64,000 bases of DNA from a virus. The notes under the pieces were generated by a model. That model saw only the letters and a list, made by a program, of their open reading frames with translations, was not told where the DNA came from and did not search any database. A program made the position numbers and the translations under genes. Positions 28,901-38,600 of this stretch are shown piece after piece (within the stretch, counting starts at the first letter, position 1; the number at the start of each line of letters is the position of its first letter). The stretch lies in the IMG/VR virus record IMGVR_UViG_3300031414_000009, positions 102,152 through 166,151 of that record, one strand, 5' to 3'.

Positions 28901-30284
28901 CGATAACACAGACTTCTGCTACTGTGCGGTTATCATCAAACTTAAGTTCACGATAACGGCCAGATGCTTTCTCAAAGCGAGAAAACTCAGCATTAGTCAA
29001 ACGACCCTCAGAGTGATACTTGGCAGCCAGCTGTAAGACGCCTAGATCATACTGGCCGAGTTCATCGCCGTGTGCTTCAGTGATATCGGAAACCACCGGT
29101 TGGATGATTTCATTAATATCCATTGGGGGACGGTCCAGATCCCAGAACGTACTGACAATGTTGTCGCCCGTTTCCAGGTTCTTCAGACGAATCACATTGT
29201 CTTCTGGAATACCCGTTACCGGAATATCAACCTCAACATCGTTTAGATCGAAGTCAAAATCAGGGATAACCGGAATGTCGGGAATGTTCAGACCGAGTCC
29301 TGCTACGGAGTCACTGTTAGCCTGCACAGCACGAGAGGCAGATTGCAATACGGCAGCAGTGTCAGCAACGTCTGGTAAGTCAACGTGTTGTTCTTTGAAC
29401 GCTGCACCAGTACCCGCTGTTGACTGTGAAGTCAAGATACGGTTGATCAACATCAGGAACTGCTTCTGCATCGCCTGAGGATCTTTACCTTTCTCAATCT
29501 CACGTTCTGCACCAACGCCTTCGCCTTTAATCCACTGGTTCATTGTGCCTAAATTGAGTACGGTCCAGTAAGCACCAATAGTGAAGATGATGTTGGTCTT
29601 AGCCAGCGCAGATTCATCCAGCGCAGATAGTAGACTGTTTGATCGGTTAGGTCCTGCCCATACGAACAGGTCCAACAGATCCAGATACTCATCCGCACCG
29701 AAGTTAGCCATCGTTTCGCGAGTGTGCTTATCGGCAGCCTGACGGAACTTAGCCAGCGGTGGAATTACAGCTGGGATTGGCATCACAATAAACTGGTTCT
29801 GTTGCGGAGCGCTGTTAGCTAACTCTTTAACCTTAGACCAGAGTGTGGTGCGCGCATTGTACCAGCGGTAGTAAGGACGCATGAACGTATCACGATAATC
29901 CCACAGGTGCTGTAGGATAGCGTAGTTATAGATCACAAGCGATGTACGCTGTTGGGTGATCTGTTCCAGGCTACCCATCCTGCGGAATTCTTTTTCTTTC
30001 TTACGGAAGTCCTGAACAAACGTCGTTACCGTACGCTTAGCCCAAATGGGATTACCTTCATTGGTAAGTTGTTCCGTAACGTGATCGACGTATCGCATCC
30101 CACCAACCGACTGAAACCAAATCTCACCGAACTTAGGTCCAATCTCTACTGACGTTTGTGGTAGGTAGTGGAACAAAGGGTGGAATGGCAGCGAGAAGTC
30201 TGACAACGCTGTCATCGGTGGCGCGGCTAAGAACTCATACTTACGAATCCCGTGCCGATAGAAATACTGATCAAATTCAATCAT
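25998..30284 (-). CDS. rpoB: virion RNA polymerase beta subunit, N-terminal part (phiKZ gp178-like)
   Basis: 1428 aa; beta-like motifs DDPKRVNF..Q, LEDSSAIS, GDKGVFSHQLK. Confidence 0.9.
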   Translation of the reverse strand: MIEFDQYFYRHGIRKYEFLAAPPMTALSDFSLPFHPLFHYLPQTSVEIGPKFGEIWFQSVGGMRYVDHVTEQLTNEGNPIWAKRTVTTFVQDFRKKEKEFRRMGSLEQITQQRTSLVIYNYAILQHLWDYRDTFMRPYYRWYNARTTLWSKVKELANSAPQQNQFIVMPIPAVIPPLAKFRQAADKHTRETMANFGADEYLDLLDLFVWAGPNRSNSLLSALDESALAKTNIIFTIGAYWTVLNLGTMNQWIKGEGVGAEREIEKGKDPQAMQKQFLMLINRILTSQSTAGTGAAFKEQHVDLPDVADTAAVLQSASRAVQANSDSVAGLGLNIPDIPVIPDFDFDLNDVEVDIPVTGIPEDNVIRLKNLETGDNIVSTFWDLDRPPMDINEIIQPVVSDITEAHGDELGQYDLGVLQLAAKYHSEGRLTNAEFSRFEKASGRYRELKFDDNRTVAEVCVIEPSTLKDVESFKLPEIKTVLDKSMLKSTLTVFDRNYINKVLDSDIANMFMSPQRAGFALTTFAKERKETYMDKLDTVTVAYTPVDGERTLLKIPVPVIEPDGYFKLNGVRYYLKKQRVDMPIRKVAPNKVALTSYYGKTFIWRSDKVRDDYGQWLLREVELGMRKTDSKYSNIQYGTGVKNTDRAPRVFTTLASQYVSFEFGDYEFRLDYSKREGFDESLFAEPKSSYPMGFVKIDGKRTAFTVDRQGMLYRADTEAPIGTIEEVLELKAINAPMDVAEFALFGKRIPMGLVLCYHYGIDELLSRLKAEVVVHDAKERVKVNVDEFSIRFRDQVLVLKRNNRLAAIIMAGFNTFADQVSNYEYQDFNSPEAVLNVMDAAGLSARYMREVDNQYLLFLDHISRGLLTEMKEPTEFGPLLVRACQLLLTDDCPDETDMNYMRLAGYERVAGAIYREITKAIRSQRNRQSGRRGPIELRPDAIIRRIQSDGSGQIVEDSTPVHNLKEQEAVTTGGDGGRSSVSMVRSARAYHKNDLGTISEATVDSGSVAINTSTTANPKFTSLRGTTARYKESDGGASLLSTSALLAPGADRDDPKRVNFISIQNSSGIAANGYESMPVGTGMESIIAHRAGAKFSVMAIGDGVVAEVNEDAVVIDYDDPALGRQYVAVGLEHGIIAGMTVPHELITNLKVGERISNGSAIAYNKAFFTPDPLQPGQLIYKGAMIVRVALVDGTDTLEDSSAISQRVSELLTTQVTYPLSVLVDDGEVVHNLVEVGSKVDLESILCSVENPITANAGLFDDDSYDSLQALAAGNPKAGVAGVVDKIEVFYNGDPDDFNESIAGLIRVSDKAMARRKRRLGGTGPENGRVDDKSTIDGKRLQPRQAAILISVTASYDAAVGDKGVFSHQLKTTFGRVMSGVNETEAGETLDSIFGYQSISDRIVGSAESMGTTFTLALKVRELTIEAYRN

Positions 30285-31984
30285 GGTTGGAATCCTGTCA
30301 TGTTGCTAAGGACCAGGTTTACAGTGTGTACGTCTGGACTGATAGCAAACTCACCGTTAGGATCAAGATAAGCATTTGCCGTGTGGAAGTAGGCTTCGTT
30401 CTCTTTAAGGCTCAAGTCACCGTAGAGAATGTTAGCACTGGCGGTATCACCATCGAAGTCAGCACCCAGACCACCCAAGGCCACACTGTGCGGGATAAGA
30501 GAATCCACAAACGGTGCAGCTGGATCAAGGTCAGGGAACTCCAACGCACCCAACACAGTTTTATCCACTTCCCACCCGAAGTCGCGTTCCCATTTCTGGC
30601 TAGCAACGATGGTAGTACGACAGTACACAAACGTGGTGTAGGTTGAACCCAACCCAGTAACTGGATAACGAGTAATCATCGTCACCAACTTGTTCCAAGT
30701 GTCGTATCCAGAAAGATACAGCAGCTGCGCATAAGTCAATGGGTAGACGTTCTTACGGTCCAGGTTAGACGGCAGTTCATCGATGTCACCAAAGATTTTA
30801 AAACTGTCGTCGTCAACATATATCAAGCCAATATAGTAACCTTCTACCATAATGGGTTGCTGACGAATGCCGGTCTTCGAGAACTTCGTGATGACTTTAT
30901 CCAAACCTTCATCGGTTGTCCAACGGTCAGCAGACTCAATGGCAATCGGTACCAGCTTACGCTTCAGCGTCTGAGGGTCTACCAGATAAGCACCCGGTGT
31001 ACCTTCTACAAATACCTGAGACAACCACCCCGTACGGATGTGATACTTCGCAACCGGCAATGCTCCTTTCAGCAACTGGTAAAGACCAATCTGCGTATAT
31101 AAAGGAGAAGGGGTACGAGGTGAGTCCAGGTCAGGCGTTGACGTGTTCATTGCGGTGATAACGTTACGCGTTCCGTTGAACACAGCACGCCCACCCCAAC
31201 TACGCTGGAAGATACCGCGCTTACCTTTACACATTCCTTCGTAGTGCAGGTAGATCTCATTGACGATGTTCTGCAATGAGTTACGAGACGTATCCAGGAT
31301 GCGAGGAGACGATACCACCGCATTAGGTACGATGGTGTTAGAGATGGCAATAGCACGGTAGTAAAGGTCGTTGACCTCATCTTTAGTCACGCGCTTGTTC
31401 TTGTCAATCTCGACGTCACGAATACCCGCAGGAGAAACCGGCAACTTAGAAACAACATCACCACGACCACGGAATTTTTCGATGGCTTCGATGTATGTGT
31501 TACGGTTGTCAGACTTACCACGAGGGATTACCAACTCTGACCAGTGGGACATAAAGAAAGAATAACCGGTCTCGCCGTCAAGCTCGGTAGCGCGATCAAA
31601 GTTCTTCGTCTCATCGTTCCAGGTGGCGTAAGCCTTACCAGACAGAATCTCAACAAACAGAGTACGGATAGTGTTCAACGCAATCCACAGGTAAGGGTGG
31701 AGTATCTCAGTGTGGAGATCGACGTATGAGAACTTACGACTGCGCTCTTCCGAACCGGCACGTCCAAAGATACTTACGGAGAACAACCCATCATCATGGA
31801 AGTTATTAGTCGCCCCGTCAAATGTATCCAGTGCTGTCACTGGTTTCATGAACGCCAAGTTCTTAGAGTTCATGTCCAACAGCTTAACGTTGAAGGGAGA
31901 GTTCCCAACGACTAAGGGAAATTCGGGTAAGAATTCGGACTGCTGATTGCCCGCTGTACCCGTCGTTTGATTTGCAATATTCAT
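30281..31984 (-). CDS. rpoC: virion RNA polymerase beta' subunit, N-terminal/catalytic part (phiKZ gp180-like)
   Basis: DGLFSVSIFG, GKRGIFQR..G..V...RNVI, RYP, catalytic GADFDGD. Confidence 0.93.
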   Translation of the reverse strand: MNIANQTTGTAGNQQSEFLPEFPLVVGNSPFNVKLLDMNSKNLAFMKPVTALDTFDGATNNFHDDGLFSVSIFGRAGSEERSRKFSYVDLHTEILHPYLWIALNTIRTLFVEILSGKAYATWNDETKNFDRATELDGETGYSFFMSHWSELVIPRGKSDNRNTYIEAIEKFRGRGDVVSKLPVSPAGIRDVEIDKNKRVTKDEVNDLYYRAIAISNTIVPNAVVSSPRILDTSRNSLQNIVNEIYLHYEGMCKGKRGIFQRSWGGRAVFNGTRNVITAMNTSTPDLDSPRTPSPLYTQIGLYQLLKGALPVAKYHIRTGWLSQVFVEGTPGAYLVDPQTLKRKLVPIAIESADRWTTDEGLDKVITKFSKTGIRQQPIMVEGYYIGLIYVDDDSFKIFGDIDELPSNLDRKNVYPLTYAQLLYLSGYDTWNKLVTMITRYPVTGLGSTYTTFVYCRTTIVASQKWERDFGWEVDKTVLGALEFPDLDPAAPFVDSLIPHSVALGGLGADFDGDTASANILYGDLSLKENEAYFHTANAYLDPNGEFAISPDVHTVNLVLSNMTGFQP

Positions 31985-32019
31985 TTATTCACCCTAACCT
32001 CGGTGGGTAGAAGCCCGAT

Positions 32020-32025
32020 CATATG
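32020..32025. promoter_or_regulatory. palindromic CATATG, candidate back-to-back late promoter
   Basis: TATG on both strands, central in the 79-bp gap between two divergent virion genes. Confidence 0.4.
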
Positions 32026-32063
32026 TTACCGTTAACAGTTCTGTACCACAGAAGGAAGTTGCT

Positions 32064-35000
32064 ATGGCCGGTAAAAACAACGCCGGGGGTTTCGATCCGA
32101 ACATCGATGACTTTGGTTTTGACGACTTTGATCCCAAGTCTCCCGACATTAACTCCCGCAATACCGCCCCCCTAAGTCGCGCCTTAAAAGGGGCAGCAGC
32201 GGGGGCAAAAGAGGCCACGCTAAATAAAGACACTCTCCTTCGTCTCGTTCGTGCTGCTGTGCCTTCCGGCATACGCGGTACAATCGATACTATTGATGAG
32301 ATGGCTGGCGTGGGATCTGATCTATACAATTCGGTAAGTTCGCAAGTCTTACCTGAGTTGAATAGCTTGAAACGAAATGCACGTCGCCTTATGCCGCGTG
32401 TTCGTGAGCACATACCAAACCCACTGGCAAAAGCAATTGATGGTTTGTTGAAGGATAATACTCCTCGCTATGCGTACGATGATTACAATCCCGATGAGGA
32501 AAGTATCAAAGGTGCAATGCGCGATGTCTTCGAGGCGGAGCGTCTGTTACAAGACCATTACCGCAACGAAGATAAGGCAGAGGAGATCTTACGCAACAAG
32601 GCATCCGATGACAGAGAGCGTAGCAATACGCATCAGCTGAAGTCTATTCGTGAAGCTTTAGTTCGTATGGCCAACCACCAGGATACCATTTCTGTTCGTC
32701 GTGACCAGAAGCTCCTGGAATTGCAATACCGCCAGTATTTCACTCAGCGCGATTTATTGATTGAGACGAAGCGTGCAAACGTGGATACACTCGACCAATT
32801 GAAAGCGTTGGTGGAGAATAGTTCACTACCTGACCTCGCTAAAGTACGTGAGTACAATAAGCGTGAGAAAATGAATAGTTCTTCCTTAATGGGGAACGTA
32901 CGTGGTCGGGTAGACGATTACGTCAGTAAATTCCGTGAGCAGTTGAACACCAGACTTACACGTGAGGCCAAGCGTTTCGGACTTGGACTTCGGACTGGTC
33001 TAAGTGGCATCAACCAACTAGCCGGTACTGCCTCGATGGCAGGTGGCATGGGTATGGACCGCTATGAAGAAGGTGGTCGTCTCGCCGGTGGTTTACTGGG
33101 TGATGAAAGTATTGTATCCGCAGCGGGCAATCGCCTCGCTCGTCATGTTCGTCGTATTCCGGGTATCAACCGTCTCAATGAGAAGTTGACCTATTTCAAC
33201 GACAACGCACCAGAGTTAATTTCGGACTGGGCTAAGAAAAGATCTAATGGCGTACGCCTTGATTTTTGGAACAAGCCTGACCCGTTTGACTTTAGACCGG
33301 GCTTTGGTGCCGGTGCTATCAACCGCTTGAAGACACTGATTCCTAAGTTCTACGAGGGAACACCAGAGTTTTCCGCCAGCGGCTACGGCAAGGCCCGAGA
33401 GGCAGTCTCTTATGATGATCTTAGTCGTAAGAGTATTGTCGAAATCATTCCAGGTTTGCTTTCTCGTATCCTGGGTGAAGTGACATCTATACGCACTGGC
33501 AAACCCGTAGAGCGCATGCACTACGATGTTGGCACCGGTGCATTTATGTCGGGTGGACAACACCAAGAAGCACTTCGTAACCAACTCATGCCTAAAACGC
33601 AGACTGACCAAATGTCCCGTCGTGTTGATGAGTATGTTAAGAAGTTGACTCGCGGTGGTAAACTTTCAGCTGCTGCTCTCGATGCATTACGTCGACAGCT
33701 CATCCACAACATGGTGGTGGGTCGTCGTTTCAATGTAGAAAACTTCGTTAAAGGACGCGGGTTGGATCAGATCGATGATCCGAATGTCTTACGGGAATTA
33801 ACTACCCACTTCCGTAAGCTTTTCCCACTCGACGAGTTTGGCAACCTGAAGGAAAGCGAGCGCAACCTACGCAGGCTTAACCGGTTTAGTAGTCAGTATC
33901 AGGATATTCGTAGGCTAGTGCCTAAGTTCGATGACCAGATGTCTGATATGCTGGACTCCGGTGCCCGTGAACAACTGCGCGCAATTGGTGCACTGAAGCG
34001 AGATGGTCGACGTGAGTTCTTAGACCCCTCCTTCGTTGTTAACGCAGTATTGGGTCAGGGTGGTAATAATGGCGAAGATTCACAACCCGGCGATTCTTCT
34101 AAAGGTGGGAACGGCTCTGGTCGCAGACGGCGCAACAAACGTCGCAATCGGGGTGGTGCTTCTGATGGTGGGCCTGTTCCACCTTCCGGCAGCGATGCTC
34201 CGCAAGCGGATGCGGAAGAAATCCGAACCCTCTTAGACCGTCTGGGTGGACTAGCCGATCGTGTATCGGGTGGTCGTATTGATGATCTTATTCGCAACAC
34301 GTCAGACCTGAATGACCGACTCCGTGACCGCATGGGTCCACAACCTGAGTCCGAAGACGAAGCTGCTGCCATGAACGGAGCAGACGACATCTACGTACCG
34401 GGTGAAGACGAACCGCGCCTCACAGCTCAAGGATTCCGAGCTGGTCGGTATATCTGTAAAACCACACGTAAGATCGTTCGCAAGATCAGCGATATCAAGG
34501 GACCGATTGTTGATACTAGCGGAAAGGTCATACTGGCCACTGGTGAAATTGCAGCAGGTCTGGTGACTGGTGCAGGCATTCGACTTGCACAGCTATCGAA
34601 ACGTGCGGAGCGTTGGGTTAACCGTGTTGACTTTGTATCTCGGTTGATTGGTGGTCGAGTTAACAACCTCGTCGATAAATTCTCACAGGGTCTTTTAGGC
34701 ACTCGTGGGCGTGTTGACGATGTCTATATTCTCGGCATGCCAGACCCAGTGTTAACCGCAGAGAAAATGCGTCAAGGTTATTATATCAACCGCTACTCTA
34801 AGAAACCGATCAACTCGATCGATGACATTAAGGGCGCAGTTGAAGACCGCGAGGGTAACGTTGTCTTGACTGACGAAGACTACGAAAAAGGAATGTACCT
34901 GAAAGACGGTACTCTGATTCGTCGTTCTGGTTTGGTCTATAACCTGGGCAGATTTACAAACTGGTACTTCGGCGGTTACTACAGAAACTTGTGGAAGCTG

Positions 35001-38000
35001 TTGAAGAAAACCGGACGTGGTATTAAGTCGGTGGCAGGGAAAGTAGGAAGCTTCCTGTTAGGTGTACCCGACGTTTACGTTCCAGGTGAAGACACCCCTC
35101 GACTGTTAGCGCGTATGCTTCGTCGTGGTATGTATCTCTCCAGTAAGACCGGAAGACGCATCTCACGTTTAAGCCAGATCGATTCAGACGTATTGGGTCC
35201 AGATGGTGAAGTAGTGTTAACGCTTGATGAGGCTCGTAATGGTTTAGTCGACAAGTTCGGTAAACCACTGCGTGCATTCTTACCTCGTGCGCTTGAGAAA
35301 GGCTTGGCTATTGCCGGTGCCCCTACTCGCTTGATGGGACGCTACTGGCGTAACAGCATGGCGCTGATGGGACGTGGTGCTCGCTTTACTGGAACTAAGG
35401 CAGCTGACGCCGCAGGATGGGCAATTGATAAGCTGACTGGCTTACGTAAAGGTAGCTGGGAAGAACGTCGATTCAGACGCGAGGAAGAAGCTCGTAATCG
35501 TCGGGACGCTGGTCCCACCCGTGAACGCGAAGAGAAGAAGAAGAATCCTCTCTGGGGTCCTATCTTGATGTTGGCAGGTGTATTGAAGACTGGCGTTGAT
35601 AGCGTGTTAAAACGTTTGAGTCCACTTCGTTACCTGAAAGATATCTTGATGGCTACCCGTGCTGGCGGAATGATCGGTGATATGCTGGGCGGTGGAAAAG
35701 GTAAGCTGTTGCGTAGAGCTGGTAGTGCTATCGGTACCGGAGCTAAGTTCCTGGGACGGGGTGCATTGCAGGTTGGTGCTCGTGTTGCTGCTACGGGAGT
35801 GGGCACTGCGGTACTCAGTGGTGGTGCAAGCGCATTAACTGCCATTGGTACGGGTGCAGCAGCATTGGGTAGTGCGGCACTAGCCGTATTGACCTCGCCT
35901 GTCACACTGACGGCAGCAGCCGTTGTGGCCGTTGGTTTCGGCGCATGGTATCTCTGGAAGAAATTCGGGAGTTCACCAGATCCAATCCAACGCGTTCGTT
36001 TGGCAGAATACGGTATTGCCTCTGGCGACCGTGACACCAACGCTAAGGTATTGAAGCTCGAAGAGTCTCTGGCAGATTACGTTGTAGTAACAGGCCAATC
36101 TGCACGGTTCTCAAAAGAGCTTCCACTGAAAGACATCTTCGCGATGTTTAACGTAGATACCTCAAACGACGATAACATCATCGCATTCACTAACTGGTTG
36201 AAGTATCGTTTCCGTCCAGTGTTCCTGAAGTTTGCAGCTAAGGGTAACGAGATTATCCCTGGTTCTAAGGTACACGAGCAAGACGATAAGATGCCTGACG
36301 GTGAGAAGCCGCGTTTGGTCCGTGAGACTAAATTCAGCAGCGAAGACGTCGACTATCCATATAACCGTCCTGATGGTCCTAACCCACCTGCTCCGGCAGT
36401 AACTGGGGTGGAGGCAATCAATGCGGCCATTCTGGCAGTTGAGCAGAAGTACGCTAAGGCAGAGCGTGAGAAACGTGCCGCCGATACAACGAAGCAGAGA
36501 CGCGCTGAGAACGACGCCGCAGTAACAGGTGGTAAGAACCCACTTGAAGCAGCTAAGCGTCTTAACAGTGCGGAGAATCGCTATACGACACAGTCTAAGC
36601 TGGATGAAGTCCGTAAGGATACCATTAGCAAGAACGGTGACGTAAGCATGGCTCTGTGGGAGGCAGGTAGCTCCCGTCGAATCGATGAACTCGCAGGGGT
36701 TCGTCTGCGTACCTATGGTCTGGTTGAGTTAGACAAAGCAAGGGTAGATGCATTGCTGTTACTGGAAGGTGATCTGGAATCTCAGATTACTTATAAAGGC
36801 GACGGTACTGCAACGTTGGACTATAATCCGGTCAAGATGTTCGAACTGTACGGACCTCGGTTCCAGTTGAATGTCACGGATTGGTCACAGCGTAGTAAGT
36901 GGATGTCTTGGTTTAGCGACCGTTTCATTCCTGCTTACCTGGCCTTTGCTACAGCGGTTCGCCGTTGTGATAAAGCCGTTGCTCCGAAAGAAGCGTGGAA
37001 TAAACTCAAAGCAGAAGATCAGCTGAAAGTCGCACAGGCTGTTGTTGCAGCTACCACAACCTCTTGGTTCAGAACGATCAGCGTTTGGACAATCACTGAT
37101 TCTCCATGGCCTGACTATGTATTGAACCAGGATTCTTCGTCAACGAACGAGGCTATTGATTCGCTTAAAGTGCGTATCAAGCAACGCAAGTTGGAGGAGG
37201 AACGTAAATCCCGTGAGTCTCCGAAAGTAGGTGACGGTTTACCGCAGTATGTTAAACCTAAAACCAAATCGGATACTGCGTTGGCGAATAACATCAACAA
37301 CGCTCTCATGAACAGCGGTGCAGCAGCAATTAACAACGTTGCTCCAATGCCGCCTACTAGTGGTGGATCGGGTGGTGATTCTGGTGGTGCAGGTGGCTAC
37401 GACAGTGGTGGCTCTACAGGGTCGTTCGCTGATGGTGCAGGCGGTCAATGGCAGTCACTGCCAGACTCAAAAGGAAATGGCTGGGAGAACAACAAAGACC
37501 TCATCGTGGCTGCGGCTAAGATGACAGGGGTTGATGCTGGTATCATGGCTACCTTCGCAGGCATTGAGTCTGACTTCCGTCCGAAGGTTGGTGCAGGTAC
37601 ATCCAGTGCCACCGGTTTGTTCCAGTTCATTAAGTCGACCTGGAATGACATGCTTCGGAAGTATGGTGCCAAGTACGGTATCCCAATGGACACTCCTCCA
37701 ACGGATGCTCGTGCTAACGCCTTGATGGGTGCAGAGTTCCTTCGTGAGAACCGTGACGGACTGTCTAAGTTCTTGGGTCGTGAGCCTACCGACGTCGATC
37801 TGTACGCAGCCCACTTTATGGGTCTGGGTGGTGCACGTAAGTTCATGTCAATGAATGGTAACGCCATTGCTGCACAGGCCATGCCTGACGCTGCACGTGC
37901 TAACGAACCAATCTTCTACGCTAACGGTAAAGCCAGAACTCGTGATGAGGTAATGGAAGAACTTAACCGTCGTGTAGCAAGCAAAGGTCGTAAGTACGCT

Positions 38001-38552
38001 GGTGCTGCTAATGCAATGTCAATGGGTGGTGCACCAGGTGCGGTCGACATCGATGCTGTAGCGCAAGATCCAGGTAGCACCTCTGGTGATGGCGTTGTGG
38101 CAGTGGCAGGTGGTGATGTTAATGCCAAGGCTAACCAGAACTCTGGCAATGTCCCTCCTCCTCCGAGCGATCCAGGTAAAGGCGGATACATGGGTAGCGC
38201 AGTACCAGCAATGGAACTCGCACCTACTGGACAAGACGACCTGTCTCCTACCGCACAGCAAGCGTTGGGTACATCCGCTGCAAAAGATCGCAGTGCTGCC
38301 CAAACTGCCGCACGTGCCCCAGCCGCAGAGTTGGTGACAAACAAGGACCTGGCTGACATCATGACCAAACAGTTGACCACACAGATCGAAACACGTGATC
38401 TGGTGAAATCGCTGCTTGAGATTGCACAGTCACGTTCGTCTGGTTCACAAACCAACACTCCTCCTGCAACGGGTAACGATAAATCCGCAGCGGTAAGTCG
38501 AGCCACTACACCGAGCCGTTCTGGCCCAGTGAACATGAATCGGAATTACTAA
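32064..38552 (+). CDS. tape measure / tail-associated lytic transglycosylase (phiKZ gp181-like)
   Basis: 2162 aa; hydrophobic Ala/Gly region; SLT domain IESDF..SSATGLFQFIKSTW..LYAAHFMG. Confidence 0.9.
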   Translation: MAGKNNAGGFDPNIDDFGFDDFDPKSPDINSRNTAPLSRALKGAAAGAKEATLNKDTLLRLVRAAVPSGIRGTIDTIDEMAGVGSDLYNSVSSQVLPELNSLKRNARRLMPRVREHIPNPLAKAIDGLLKDNTPRYAYDDYNPDEESIKGAMRDVFEAERLLQDHYRNEDKAEEILRNKASDDRERSNTHQLKSIREALVRMANHQDTISVRRDQKLLELQYRQYFTQRDLLIETKRANVDTLDQLKALVENSSLPDLAKVREYNKREKMNSSSLMGNVRGRVDDYVSKFREQLNTRLTREAKRFGLGLRTGLSGINQLAGTASMAGGMGMDRYEEGGRLAGGLLGDESIVSAAGNRLARHVRRIPGINRLNEKLTYFNDNAPELISDWAKKRSNGVRLDFWNKPDPFDFRPGFGAGAINRLKTLIPKFYEGTPEFSASGYGKAREAVSYDDLSRKSIVEIIPGLLSRILGEVTSIRTGKPVERMHYDVGTGAFMSGGQHQEALRNQLMPKTQTDQMSRRVDEYVKKLTRGGKLSAAALDALRRQLIHNMVVGRRFNVENFVKGRGLDQIDDPNVLRELTTHFRKLFPLDEFGNLKESERNLRRLNRFSSQYQDIRRLVPKFDDQMSDMLDSGAREQLRAIGALKRDGRREFLDPSFVVNAVLGQGGNNGEDSQPGDSSKGGNGSGRRRRNKRRNRGGASDGGPVPPSGSDAPQADAEEIRTLLDRLGGLADRVSGGRIDDLIRNTSDLNDRLRDRMGPQPESEDEAAAMNGADDIYVPGEDEPRLTAQGFRAGRYICKTTRKIVRKISDIKGPIVDTSGKVILATGEIAAGLVTGAGIRLAQLSKRAERWVNRVDFVSRLIGGRVNNLVDKFSQGLLGTRGRVDDVYILGMPDPVLTAEKMRQGYYINRYSKKPINSIDDIKGAVEDREGNVVLTDEDYEKGMYLKDGTLIRRSGLVYNLGRFTNWYFGGYYRNLWKLLKKTGRGIKSVAGKVGSFLLGVPDVYVPGEDTPRLLARMLRRGMYLSSKTGRRISRLSQIDSDVLGPDGEVVLTLDEARNGLVDKFGKPLRAFLPRALEKGLAIAGAPTRLMGRYWRNSMALMGRGARFTGTKAADAAGWAIDKLTGLRKGSWEERRFRREEEARNRRDAGPTREREEKKKNPLWGPILMLAGVLKTGVDSVLKRLSPLRYLKDILMATRAGGMIGDMLGGGKGKLLRRAGSAIGTGAKFLGRGALQVGARVAATGVGTAVLSGGASALTAIGTGAAALGSAALAVLTSPVTLTAAAVVAVGFGAWYLWKKFGSSPDPIQRVRLAEYGIASGDRDTNAKVLKLEESLADYVVVTGQSARFSKELPLKDIFAMFNVDTSNDDNIIAFTNWLKYRFRPVFLKFAAKGNEIIPGSKVHEQDDKMPDGEKPRLVRETKFSSEDVDYPYNRPDGPNPPAPAVTGVEAINAAILAVEQKYAKAEREKRAADTTKQRRAENDAAVTGGKNPLEAAKRLNSAENRYTTQSKLDEVRKDTISKNGDVSMALWEAGSSRRIDELAGVRLRTYGLVELDKARVDALLLLEGDLESQITYKGDGTATLDYNPVKMFELYGPRFQLNVTDWSQRSKWMSWFSDRFIPAYLAFATAVRRCDKAVAPKEAWNKLKAEDQLKVAQAVVAATTTSWFRTISVWTITDSPWPDYVLNQDSSSTNEAIDSLKVRIKQRKLEEERKSRESPKVGDGLPQYVKPKTKSDTALANNINNALMNSGAAAINNVAPMPPTSGGSGGDSGGAGGYDSGGSTGSFADGAGGQWQSLPDSKGNGWENNKDLIVAAAKMTGVDAGIMATFAGIESDFRPKVGAGTSSATGLFQFIKSTWNDMLRKYGAKYGIPMDTPPTDARANALMGAEFLRENRDGLSKFLGREPTDVDLYAAHFMGLGGARKFMSMNGNAIAAQAMPDAARANEPIFYANGKARTRDEVMEELNRRVASKGRKYAGAANAMSMGGAPGAVDIDAVAQDPGSTSGDGVVAVAGGDVNAKANQNSGNVPPPPSDPGKGGYMGSAVPAMELAPTGQDDLSPTAQQALGTSAAKDRSAAQTAARAPAAELVTNKDLADIMTKQLTTQIETRDLVKSLLEIAQSRSSGSQTNTPPATGNDKSAAVSRATTPSRSGPVNMNRNY

Positions 38553-38564
38553 GCGGCTAGTTAA

Positions 38565-38585
38565 GGGGACTTCGGTCCCCTTTCT
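38565..38585 (+). terminator. GGGGAC-TTCG-GTCCCC terminator
   Basis: Hairpin plus TTTCTT. Confidence 0.7.
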
Positions 38586-38600
38586 TCATTGAGGTATAAC

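Noticed and set aside
25998-31984. Introns, inteins or homing endonucleases in the RNAP genes
   Set aside because: Both ORFs are continuous and of expected size, overlap by ATGA, and show no intein or HNH motifs.
33216-38536. Long antisense or alternate-frame ORFs (e.g. 37916-38536, 47691-48377, 5082-5681, 14671-15234)
   Set aside because: They are shadows of long codon-biased genes on the opposite strand, with no RBS or recognisable motifs.
6034-38580. CRISPR or REP-type mobile repeat from the three identical GGGGACTTCGGTCCCC hairpins
   Set aside because: Only 16 nt, widely dispersed and always just after stop codons, consistent with common UUCG terminator/stabiliser hairpins.
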